From the sequence record PP456879.1: 64,000 nt of DNA; one strand, written 5' to 3'. The position numbers were made by a program, and so were the translations under genes. The notes below the pieces were generated by a model, which saw nothing but the letters and a program-made list of their open reading frames with translations, searched no databases and was not told where the DNA came from. Positions 1 to 7,961 of this stretch are shown here, piece after piece. The first letter of the stretch is position 1. Each line of letters begins with the position of its first letter.

Positions 1-532
1 TTAACTTACTGATTAGTTGAGCTTTCTCAGTCAGATACAGTTCAGCAAAATCAGGCTTATCATTAACAATCGACCACATGTTTGAAATGGAATCTAGTAA
101 CTTAAGAGATTGACCACTCCATGAAATGCGAGAAAGTCTTTCATGTTGTAAACTAATCCTAGTTTTACGATTACCTTCGTAAGTTACATTTGTTAGTTCA
201 GTTACTAAATTAACAACAGGGATTGAGAATAGTTTAGTTAGATCAGAAGCAGTTACAGCAGTATCCTCAATTACATCATGTAACCATGCTGCTTTATAAG
301 CAGCGTGAGATAGGTCGAATAATTGCGCCATCTCAGCTACTTGTAATAAATGATGCCAGTAAGGTTTTCCTGAACCATCTCGCAATTGACCAACAGCAGT
401 ATGTGCCGCAATGGCATATGATGCAGCCATTGCATTACCCGCATTGGAATATTTGCCATTACCTAGATGGTTAGTTAAGAGAATATTCTCTTTCCCTCCT
501 TCTAGAATATCGATAATTTCATTCATTAGCAT
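1..532 (-). CDS. HD-domain small alarmone hydrolase (Mesh1/SpoT-HD-like), 3' end runs off window
   Basis: Manual translation from ATG 532 (SD AGGA): MLMNEII...AH-TAVGQLRDGSGKPYWHHLLQV...AAWLHDVIEDT...LKLLDSISN, matching the AH..Q.R..G.PY..H / LHD..EDT / KL.D...N motifs. Absent from the ORF track because it has no stop in the window. Confidence 0.88.
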   Translation of the reverse strand, partial: MLMNEIIDILEGGKENILLTNHLGNGKYSNAGNAMAASYAIAAHTAVGQLRDGSGKPYWHHLLQVAEMAQLFDLSHAAYKAAWLHDVIEDTAVTASDLTKLFSIPVVNLVTELTNVTYEGNRKTRISLQHERLSRISWSGQSLKLLDSISNMWSIVNDKPDFAELYLTEKAQLISKL

Positions 533-562
533 AGCTATATTCCTATTTAAATTATTGGAAAC

Positions 563-997
563 CTAATATAGGTCTTCACTAAATAAATATTTAGTTACTA
601 ATCTATTTTCTAATTCAGCTCGATATAACTGATTATTATTCTTAGCGATAATTACTGCTTCTTCCCTAGAGTGGAAGTTTTCATACTGATCAATAAAACC
701 TTGTTCATGATCATCTCCTGCATATTCATGCAATACCTTAAGACCACCATACATTAGCTGTTGTTGAGTCATTATGATTGATGAATGCCTCGCTGCAATG
801 AAATAAACATCCTTCCATCTATTGCAGGCGGCAACTATCCTTAATTTCACATCGGGATGTTGTTCCCACCACCATAGACCAGTTTCCTCATTCCAATACC
901 TTTCTTTCATTTGAGTTTTTCTAAACTCACCTTGTATGTCTAAAAGTCTAAATGCCTCTTCTTTAGACATAGCTTGTAGAATAGGATACTTATCCAT
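563..997 (-). CDS. conserved phage hypothetical protein
   Basis: 144-aa ORF with SD AGGT; QGFIDQY..F..REEA..IA...LFSEDLY segment is a motif I recognise from uncharacterised phage proteins. Confidence 0.75.
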   Translation of the reverse strand: MDKYPILQAMSKEEAFRLLDIQGEFRKTQMKERYWNEETGLWWWEQHPDVKLRIVAACNRWKDVYFIAARHSSIIMTQQQLMYGGLKVLHEYAGDDHEQGFIDQYENFHSREEAVIIAKNNNQLYRAELENRLVTKYLFSEDLY

Positions 998-1026
998 TTA
1001 ATACAGATACCTAATTGCGAAATAGA

Positions 1027-1046
1027 AAGAGCCCCGAAGGGCTCTT
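1027..1046 (-). terminator. intrinsic terminator, UUCG loop
   Basis: AAGAGCCC-TTCG-GGGCTCTT on minus strand, followed by TCTATTT, directly after the 1048..1404 stop. Confidence 0.8.
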
Positions 1047-1047
1047 A

Positions 1048-1404
1048 TTATACAAGTAGCTTTTCAATAGTGAAGCTTGTCCAGACCATTGCCCTATAAC
1101 CAACACTCTCTTCAGTATAAGTGATATCATCAAACTTATTAGGTGGCATGAAACCACGTTGTGTACTAGCATCAGTCACAACAAGATTAGAATCTTTTAA
1201 AGTTTCATTTAGAGCCTTAAGTTTATCCTTACTAATTGATCCCTTAACATGGAACTTAAAATAAGCATAGCCTTTATGATTGATACGACAACTGTCAAGA
1301 ACAGTTTGTTTATCATTCATTTGACTCATCAGATCACTAATAACTGCATCATCTACAGGAGTATCATCATTGACAATATTGATTAATTCAATATAAGTTG
1401 GCAT
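1048..1404 (-). CDS. hypothetical protein
   Basis: 118-aa ORF, SD AAGGA, ends at a terminator. Confidence 0.75.
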   Translation of the reverse strand: MPTYIELINIVNDDTPVDDAVISDLMSQMNDKQTVLDSCRINHKGYAYFKFHVKGSISKDKLKALNETLKDSNLVVTDASTQRGFMPPNKFDDITYTEESVGYRAMVWTSFTIEKLLV

Positions 1405-1461
1405 TCTTTTTGTTTCCTTAATTAGATAAACTACATAAGATAATTTTTAATTGATATTCTA

Positions 1462-2361
1462 TTAAATTTTTAATAGGAGTCCACTGTGATTAAATGAGAT
1501 AATACAGTTATGTCCCATCATGGCAATATGATAAGATATTATATTATCACGTGTATCATTTGAAATCTTGTTCACCTTAAATTCATTCATGATCGCATTA
1601 TGAATGGCTAAGTCTTTTTCTCGATACTGCTTTGAGAAAAACATAATATCATTATGATTAATATTGATAGTATCCATTGTATTAAGAAAATCTTCAACAT
1701 CAAACTTTTTAATAGTTTCAGATTTTCCAACACAACGCTCGGTTTTATCAATTAATGAAAAACCAATAGTCCTAATTGGTTCATCCTTATTATGGAAGCT
1801 ATAATTGGTAATACTCATACCTACCAATAGTCCATTTTTATCTACATTAACTACTTTAGAATCAGTGTACTTATAAATATCATTGATTGCATAACCAGCT
1901 GAATATAATACATCTTTAAAATGACTAGTTACTTTATCAATAATAAAGTTTTGATAATCTGATTGATATAGTTTATCACTATATTCAAGCTTTTTGATAA
2001 TATCACTTAGTTCATGATACACATTAGTAAAACTATTCGAAAAATAATTATCTTTTATTCCTAACCTAGTTAACAGATCTAGCTGGATTTCTTTTTTAGA
2101 TAGTTTCGTAGAATTACTAAGTTTTTCAATGACGGATGTAATTGTACGTAGATCAATTGCTAGTGAAAGTGATTTAAAGATATTATTAATTGGTGTATCA
2201 GATAGCTTTGAAATAGCTATTAGTAGATTATCTAATTCATCATTAGTAATTTTCAGTTCTTTCACAATGTCATTATATTCAATTAGTTTACCATCAATAA
2301 TATTACAGATTAGAAGTTTATGTAATTCTTTAATAGTGGTATTAACTTGTAGATTATTCAT
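1462..2361 (-). CDS. hypothetical protein
   Basis: 299-aa ORF on the coding strand of the region. Confidence 0.75.
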
Positions 2362-2381
2362 TTTTTTACCTTTTAGTTAAT

Positions 2382-2819
2382 TTAAAATTTATTTACAGTT
2401 CTAAGAAAATATTCAGATGGATCGTCGAAGAAGACAATACTATCAACAACACTATTTTGTCGAGTACACCTTACTTTGATAAGATTATATTCTCTGAATT
2501 TATTAAGACCCCAAGCTTCTTTAGCACGATGGCGTAATCCACTACCAACAATAGCCCCATACCTAGTTTGTTCAACAAATAAATAAACATCCCAGCCATG
2601 ATGATTATCATGGTATTTTGCGTAGTATTTATTGTCTTTAGTTTTGTTTAAACTAAGACTATACCTTTCTGTCTGTAGTTGATTAATATTCGATTTAATC
2701 ATTTCATTTAATTTGGGTTCCACTATATGAATGACATCGCCAGCAGTAGTGGCCATTACCTTTAGTTTGTGATGCACGTTCGTAAGAACGTCCTCCCAAA
2801 TGTTAGTAACTACGTCCAT
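2382..2819 (-). CDS. hypothetical early protein
   Basis: 145-aa ORF, SD GAGG, directly downstream of TATATTAC at 2865. Confidence 0.75.
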   Translation of the reverse strand: MDVVTNIWEDVLTNVHHKLKVMATTAGDVIHIVEPKLNEMIKSNINQLQTERYSLSLNKTKDNKYYAKYHDNHHGWDVYLFVEQTRYGAIVGSGLRHRAKEAWGLNKFREYNLIKVRCTRQNSVVDSIVFFDDPSEYFLRTVNKF

Positions 2820-2864
2820 CTATTAAAACCTCGACACATTAATTTGATTTTGTAATACACACAT

Positions 2865-2890
2865 GTAATATATATCTCAAATAAAATTTA
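2865..2890 (-). promoter_or_regulatory. phiKZ-type early (vRNAP) promoter
   Basis: AAATTTTATTTGAGATA-TATATTAC on minus strand; TATATTAC is the established phiKZ early promoter core. Confidence 0.8.
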
Positions 2891-2918
2891 GTGCAATAGC
2901 CCTCCCCGAAGGGAGGGC
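2874..2918. repeat. 45-bp exact direct repeat, copy 1 (terminator plus promoter upstream element)
   Basis: atctcaaataaaatttagtgcaatagccctccccgaagggagggc is identical to 18990..19034. Confidence 0.9.
2899..2918 (-). terminator. intrinsic terminator, UUCG loop
   Basis: GCCCTCCC-TTCG-GGGAGGGC after the 2931 stop. Confidence 0.8.
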
Positions 2919-2930
2919 CATATGCTCTTA

Positions 2931-3260
2931 TTATCGATTAACTACACGATAATTATCAATAATAAACTCGATGTACTGTTCGACATCATGTAAGAAGCAG
3001 TTGTAACTATACCGATCAAGTTTATTTAAAGCTTCAGTTAGAACTGGTTCGATATAGATATTTATTTCAGCTATTGATGGAATCTCAACATACTTGTTTT
3101 CATATTCGGTAAGCTGCTCCTTTACCTTAGCCATTTGCTTTTTGTAAATGTATTCCATCGACCATTCTTTATAAATGGAACGTGCCCCATCAAAGAGATG
3201 GTAACCAAATGCAATACCACCAAGCACCAGAACACCAGTGGAAATAGTTGACATATTCAT
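2931..3260 (-). CDS. early membrane-anchored protein (N-terminal TM)
   Basis: 109 aa; ISTGVLVLGGIAFGYHLF hydrophobic segment; SD AAGGAG; monocistronic between the 3297 promoter and the 2899 terminator. Confidence 0.8.
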   Translation of the reverse strand: MNMSTISTGVLVLGGIAFGYHLFDGARSIYKEWSMEYIYKKQMAKVKEQLTEYENKYVEIPSIAEINIYIEPVLTEALNKLDRYSYNCFLHDVEQYIEFIIDNYRVVNR

Positions 3261-3296
3261 GACATATCTCCTTTTTTCAAGATTGAATTCACATTA

Positions 3297-3320
3297 GTAA
3301 TATACTGTTAAAATATGTTT
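3297..3320 (-). promoter_or_regulatory. phiKZ-type early promoter
   Basis: AAACATATTTTAACAG-TATATTAC. Confidence 0.78.
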
Positions 3321-3344
3321 GAATACAAAAAATAAAATATAAAG

Positions 3345-3360
3345 CCTCCCCGAAGGGAGG
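3345..3360 (-). terminator. intrinsic terminator, UUCG loop
   Basis: CCTCCC-TTCG-GGGAGG followed by CTTTATATTTT. Confidence 0.78.
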
Positions 3361-3388
3361 ACTTTATGGTGACTTTGTAAAAGACTTA

Positions 3389-3871
3389 TTATAGTTGAAA
3401 GTCTTTATCTTCTTCAATGATTTCATAACCTGGTAAATTAACTATATTTTTATTTAAACGAACTCGTTCATCTACTAGGTATTTAACTACTTTAAGTAAT
3501 TGACTTATCGACAGGTCATTATTTTCATCAGTATCTGATTTAAAAATACGACCACTGGTAGGTGAAGCATTCGTAAAACAAATACCTTCATTATCTTTAT
3601 AAATATCATAATACCATACGACATATGGATTATTGGTATTACTTATGACAAATACTAAAAACAGATCTTCATCATCACCTTGACCATTCAGGATCCCGAT
3701 ATTTTTTCGATGCGTTATACCACCTGTAATAACTAGGCCGTTGACATCATCACTGAATTTAAATATATCATACCCACCTTCAAGTTTACCATTTTCAAAA
3801 TACTGTAATAGCGCACCACCTACTACAGCACCCCATGAAAAGAAGTTATCTTTATTTAAATGCTCAACCAT
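3389..3871 (-). CDS. hypothetical protein (likely start MVEHLNK at 3871)
   Basis: SD AGAGGA precedes ATG 3871; the track extends the ORF to 3916. Confidence 0.72.
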   Translation of the reverse strand: MVEHLNKDNFFSWGAVVGGALLQYFENGKLEGGYDIFKFSDDVNGLVITGGITHRKNIGILNGQGDDEDLFLVFVISNTNNPYVVWYYDIYKDNEGICFTNASPTSGRIFKSDTDENNDLSISQLLKVVKYLVDERVRLNKNIVNLPGYEIIEEDKDFQL

Positions 3872-4012
3872 CTTAAAAATCCTCTTTAGGTTCAGTGATC
3901 CGAGAATAAAGAACAAACATATCAGTTAGGATATTTCTATCTAGAATGGTACGTGTAAGTAAGATTCCATATTGAAATATACCTGTAGTATACAAATTAT
4001 AAAACAACATAA

Positions 4013-4041
4013 AAAGAGAGAGGATAAATTCCTCTCTCTTT
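4013..4041 (-). terminator. intrinsic terminator
   Basis: AAAGAGAGAGGA-loop-TCCTCTCTCTTT followed by a T-rich tail. Confidence 0.75.
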
Positions 4042-4057
4042 ATGCAACTAAATAGTT

Positions 4058-4180
4058 TTATTCTTTTTGCTTTTCTTTAGCTTCACGTTTAGCTTTGAGT
4101 TCTGCATTATTAAGCCGCCAAGCAGCTTGCATAGTAGCTAGATTGACAAACTTAGGCTGTTGCTTATTTTTAACTTTCAT
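4058..4180 (-). CDS. small basic 40-aa protein (not in ORF track)
   Basis: MKVKNKQQPKFVNLATMQAAWRLNNAELKAKREAKEKQKE*; fills the gap before the 4013 terminator; weak SD TGGA. Confidence 0.6.
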   Translation of the reverse strand: MKVKNKQQPKFVNLATMQAAWRLNNAELKAKREAKEKQKE

Positions 4181-4251
4181 TTGCTAATTCCAAATTTATT
4201 TCAAATGGTTAATCTAAACTATTAAATTGCTTCATATTCTTCATGCATAAT

Positions 4252-4545
4252 TTAATCCTCAGTCAGCGTAGTATAATCTACATAAAGATCATTGAGTTGC
4301 TCTTTTAATGAAATATTTATTTTTAATTCATTAAGAGTAATCCTATTCCAATGTTTACGCGGATTACCACATAGCATACAACGAGACCTACCGCAGTTAA
4401 ACGGATTATGTTTACGCCATTTACCTTTAGCCTTTGCTGAAGGATTAGTGTCATTATAACGACTCTCGGCTAGTGAAACATAATAATTAACTATACGAGT
4501 ATTGTGATGACGATTAAGTTGTGCAGATAGTTTGTTGCTTGACAT
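4252..4545 (-). CDS. small basic protein with CxxxxCxxC-GNPRK motif
   Basis: CGRSRCMLCGNPRK; SD GGAG. Confidence 0.72.
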   Translation of the reverse strand: MSSNKLSAQLNRHHNTRIVNYYVSLAESRYNDTNPSAKAKGKWRKHNPFNCGRSRCMLCGNPRKHWNRITLNELKINISLKEQLNDLYVDYTTLTED

Positions 4546-4644
4546 ATTTATACTCCACCTTAATACCCCTACCCCAATATGGAGTAGGGTAAAGTATGTA
4601 GTAGAGTAAATTTAATACATTAACTTTTAACATTCTAAACTTCA

Positions 4645-5145
4645 TTAATTTTCCACAATATCCTGGATGGTACGTAGACTTTCTTGCATTGTCAGTAAGA
4701 AATTACGATAAGGTTCACTGGTGTCCAAAAAAGGTGGCATGTTTAACCTATTAGTAACCTCTTCTAGAAATTCTTTATACTTATAAAGATTAATAGTGAA
4801 TTTATTACAATCTGGATCAGTAGTAGTTGGGATAATATAATTACGAATAATGTAGTAAATATGAAAACTGCTACCATATTCAATTAAAGTATAAGGATTA
4901 TCATCAATGAATTTCTGTGCTTCTTTTCCTTTTAAGGCGAAATCTTCTCGTTCAACGATTTCATGAAGTAGCGGCCCTAAGAATTGCATTGGAATCACAC
5001 CATACATTTTAGTGAATTCCTTAATATCTTTATATGTTACTTTTGGATTAGGATATACCTCACGATTCCTACCAATATTTCTAACTAGATATAGTTTTTC
5101 TTTTGCTAAGATATTTTCGATGCATAGTTCATCTTTAAATAGCAT
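4645..5145 (-). CDS. hypothetical protein
   Basis: 166-aa ORF, SD AAGGA. Confidence 0.7.
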   Translation of the reverse strand: MLFKDELCIENILAKEKLYLVRNIGRNREVYPNPKVTYKDIKEFTKMYGVIPMQFLGPLLHEIVEREDFALKGKEAQKFIDDNPYTLIEYGSSFHIYYIIRNYIIPTTTDPDCNKFTINLYKYKEFLEEVTNRLNMPPFLDTSEPYRNFLLTMQESLRTIQDIVEN

Positions 5146-5194
5146 AAAATATTTTCCTTTTAATAAGATGGTATTAAACTTTTTTCTTTATTGA

Positions 5195-6028
5195 CTAATA
5201 TTTTCTTCGTTCGATATCCTGTAGTTTCGCGAATGTGTCGAGCTTGTATTGGTCAACAAAATGCCAGGCTAGATCGGTAAGTGTATAGATGTCCGGACGT
5301 TCGTATTTACCGAAGTCTGGTTTCTCACGACTCAATTGAAAATCGATGAACTGATCTAATATAGGGCAACGATCTATCAGATCCTGTTCAATAGACCCAA
5401 CCTTATCATTAACCAGTTCTTGGATACGTTTATAAAGGATAGGATCTGACAGAAGAGGCAGTAGGTCATGGAATACCATCGGCGGATGTTCCAGACTTTC
5501 ACGGACCCACATTGCAGCCAACAGAGGACGAAGAGAATAGAAGTATTTCTTCATCCGGATCTTCTCATCTGACAACCAACGCATTTTGGTTTGTTTGGCC
5601 ATCGAGATATAGTGCATGTAACTCGATTCAGGGATGAAGTGTTTTAGCGCAGCATCGCGGATTAACATGTAGTCCCGATCAACCTTACGGTAAACGATTG
5701 GGGAGTTTAGCCATTCCAAGAGAGTGGGGTTAGACTTGTAAGCAAGCTGAAGAGTCTTAGTGATACTCCAACCAGCCAGGTCTAGTTCTTTAGACACCAT
5801 CTCTTCAATAGTATCACGTGCTTCATTATCCACACGAACATAATGACTCGGATGATTAACATAAATGAAACGAACATCATAGTCACTATTGATAGAAGCA
5901 AAGCCCCATCCGCGACTACCGGACTCACAGGCATAGATGACTTTTACACCATACTTCTTCTCGATGCGATTAAGTTCAGTATCGATGATTGCGCGCATTT
6001 CGTCGCTAACTGGATGCCGTGGATCCAT
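5195..6028 (-). CDS. RlaP/YcgL-like predicted nucleotidyltransferase (Pol-beta superfamily)
   Basis: YACESGSRGWGFASINSDYDVRFIY (GS...DxD), LKSNP-like AYKSNPTLLEWLNSPIVY, KKYFYSLRPLLA. Confidence 0.88.
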   Translation of the reverse strand: MDPRHPVSDEMRAIIDTELNRIEKKYGVKVIYACESGSRGWGFASINSDYDVRFIYVNHPSHYVRVDNEARDTIEEMVSKELDLAGWSITKTLQLAYKSNPTLLEWLNSPIVYRKVDRDYMLIRDAALKHFIPESSYMHYISMAKQTKMRWLSDEKIRMKKYFYSLRPLLAAMWVRESLEHPPMVFHDLLPLLSDPILYKRIQELVNDKVGSIEQDLIDRCPILDQFIDFQLSREKPDFGKYERPDIYTLTDLAWHFVDQYKLDTFAKLQDIERRKY

Positions 6029-6435
6029 TATCCACCAACCTTTTCAAATTTGAGTTTTTCTTCTTTACCTGTGTCCAGATACATGAACATCGATGTACCC
6101 AGCAAGTTGTATACAAACCAACCTTTGCTCACAAGTTCCTCTTCGAATTTCGGTGGTGCCGATAGTTCGCATATAGCCTCGTACGGGATGACAATAGGCT
6201 CTTTCTCGGGCTTAGTAAGAATCAGTGCATGATCTGCAAGCTTCAACCATTGTTTGCGACTACTGATACCAAGACCAATACTAAACTCTTCACCTGGATC
6301 TTTTCCGTTAAAAAGGCTACAGCGAGTTTCTTTGGTTACTCTATTACCGGCGATACCGATCGTGAGAGGATCAGGAAAGACCCCCATCAGTTCAATAACC
6401 ATTTCAAGTTGACGCTTCAGTTCAGTGTTGTTCAT
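6028..6435 (-). CDS. hypothetical protein
   Basis: 135-aa ORF, TAATG-coupled to the nucleotidyltransferase. Confidence 0.72.
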   Translation of the reverse strand: MNNTELKRQLEMVIELMGVFPDPLTIGIAGNRVTKETRCSLFNGKDPGEEFSIGLGISSRKQWLKLADHALILTKPEKEPIVIPYEAICELSAPPKFEEELVSKGWFVYNLLGTSMFMYLDTGKEEKLKFEKVGG

Positions 6436-6543
6436 AGGACAAATTCCTTTGTATTGTATTTACGTACTACATCGGTCCACTAGGTAGGAGTCTGTGCATA
6501 GTAGTATTCGTTGAATATCCCAAATGAACCATAGGGAAATAAA

Positions 6544-6561
6544 GCCTCCCCAAAGGGAGGC
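6544..6561 (-). terminator. intrinsic terminator after thyA
   Basis: GCCTCCC-TTTG-GGGAGGC followed by TTTATTT. Confidence 0.8.
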
Positions 6562-6568
6562 ATTTATG

Positions 6569-6871
6569 TTAGACAGCAACTTTACCAGCAATGTGTGGAT
6601 GATATTCGTAGTTCTCGATAACAAAATCATCTACACCAATTTCCCGAATATCTTTACCAATAGCTTCTTGTTTGAAACGAATAGTTGGTAGAACTTTCGG
6701 TTCACGAGTTAATTGAAGATCAGTTTGTTCTTGGTGGTTAGAGTAAATATGTACATCGCCGCCAGTCCAGATAAACTCTTCAGCAATCATATTCATTTGG
6801 TTAGCCAGCATATGAGTAAGCAGACTATAGAACGTGATGTTAAAGGGTTTTCCTAAGAAAGTATCGACGCT
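6569..6871 (-). CDS. thyA: thymidylate synthase, exon 2
   Basis: From 6871: SVDTFLGKPFNITFYSLLTHMLA...WTGGDVHIYSNH...YEYHPHIAGKVAV*; in frame with track ORF 6569..6811. Confidence 0.93.
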   Translation of the reverse strand, partial: SVDTFLGKPFNITFYSLLTHMLANQMNMIAEEFIWTGGDVHIYSNHQEQTDLQLTREPKVLPTIRFKQEAIGKDIREIGVDDFVIENYEYHPHIAGKVAV

Positions 6872-7961
6872 CTCTTATGTTCACCCAGGGTCGTTAATCC
6901 TGAGCCGTTTACTTAAATGACTTTATAACCAGAATACTTTGGATTCTTGCTGTTAATTCGGTATGTTATTGTACCCTGTGATACTCCGAGAGCCTTAGCT
7001 GCATCGGCCTGGGATAAATAAACAACACCGTCCACTTCAAGTTTGTTTGAGTTAGTTGGCTTTATACTGCGTTTGTTATCCGCCAACTTTTTTCTGGTTT
7101 CTTCGGAATGTGTTTTACCGTAGAATGGATTACGTTCGCCTGTTCTCTGAGAAGCTATCTCCGACATCCTGGCTCTTGTCTCATCACTAGCTTTAATGCC
7201 AAGACGGTAAGTGTTACCCGTGTGTAACTCGGATAGAGCTACCTTAACTTCTTCTGTGTGAGTACGACCATACATCCCATTCTGCTCACCTGGTCGACCA
7301 TACTTTTCCTGACGAGCCTCGGCTCCAATCTCATCAAGTCTGATACGTATTGTATCACTCCGCTTCTCGATGATTTGTTCTTTGAGGTTATGCCTGGTTA
7401 AGTTATCACCACCCTTGGAGTGTCTACCAATATTAAGAAGGTTACCTTCTTCTTCATGCTTGGTTATCCACATCTGTTCGAGTGTAAATGCTGATTCCCG
7501 ACTTTCACAACGATAGTACTTTAACGAGAATCTTTCACCGTTATCGTATTCTTGTTGTAATGGGTAGTTATGGTGCTTGGAATTACTAAGGTCTCTGAAA
7601 TGTCGTTGAACGCGCTTAACTAAATCTCGCGCACTTCCGACATATACCTTTCCTTCTTTGGTGAATAGGCAATACACATAAGCTACGTCATTAATAACAC
7701 CCTCCTTATCTGGCGGAGTCATTAAGTAAACCGCTGCATGTCTCCATGCAGGACAGACTATATCACGATCTCTTAAAAAGAGACCCCTACCTTTTCGGAC
7801 CACTTGGTCCTACTCTACTCCCTTCCTCTTCTCAGAGTGGTTTCGATAGTCGTTAGGCATTTATGACCGTAGTCAATTTAGCACGGGATTGTCTCATAGA
7901 GAGTTTCCCCGTTTAGATAGGTTATTCGACTAGGATTGCTCCTAGAAGGCGCTAGTATTTA
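6872..7961 (-). mobile_element. self-splicing group I intron (T4 td-like) in thyA, 1090 nt
   Basis: Exon 1 ends in U (CAG CGU). The intron starts UAAAUACUAGCGC (P1 with U.G at the splice site) and ends ...GAACAUAAGAG (omega-G 6872). The core closely resembles T4 td: CTATCTAAACGGGGAAACTCTC..AGACAATCCCGTGCTAAATTG..ATAAATGCCTAACGACTATC..GATATAGTCTG..CTGCATGGAGACATGCAG..GATTAACGACC. P7 is GACTA/TAGTC (7847-7851, 7756-7760). Confidence 0.95.
6913..7722 (-). CDS. intron-encoded GIY-YIG homing endonuclease with NUMOD3 repeats and C-terminal HTH
   Basis: YVY-x9-YVG, R..H, E, LN catalytic motifs; NGMYGRTHTEE and NPFYGKTHSEETR (NUMOD3); YLSQADAAKALGVSQGTITYRI (HTH). First in-frame ATG downstream of the core is 7722; the track start (7803) lies inside the ribozyme core. 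Confidence 0.9.
   Translation of the reverse strand: MTPPDKEGVINDVAYVYCLFTKEGKVYVGSARDLVKRVQRHFRDLSNSKHHNYPLQQEYDNGERFSLKYYRCESRESAFTLEQMWITKHEEEGNLLNIGRHSKGGDNLTRHNLKEQIIEKRSDTIRIRLDEIGAEARQEKYGRPGEQNGMYGRTHTEEVKVALSELHTGNTYRLGIKASDETRARMSEIASQRTGERNPFYGKTHSEETRKKLADNKRSIKPTNSNKLEVDGVVYLSQADAAKALGVSQGTITYRINSKNPKYSGYKVI

Noticed and set aside
286-474. 62-aa plus-strand ORF
   Set aside because: Antisense shadow of the HD hydrolase on the minus strand; no SD or motif
7723-7803. N-terminal extension of the homing endonuclease (track start 7803)
   Set aside because: Lies within ribozyme P8/P7/P9; the open frame is incidental to RNA structure
7959-7961. Apparent thyA stop / pseudogene
   Set aside because: TAA is the first intron triplet; splicing restores the frame
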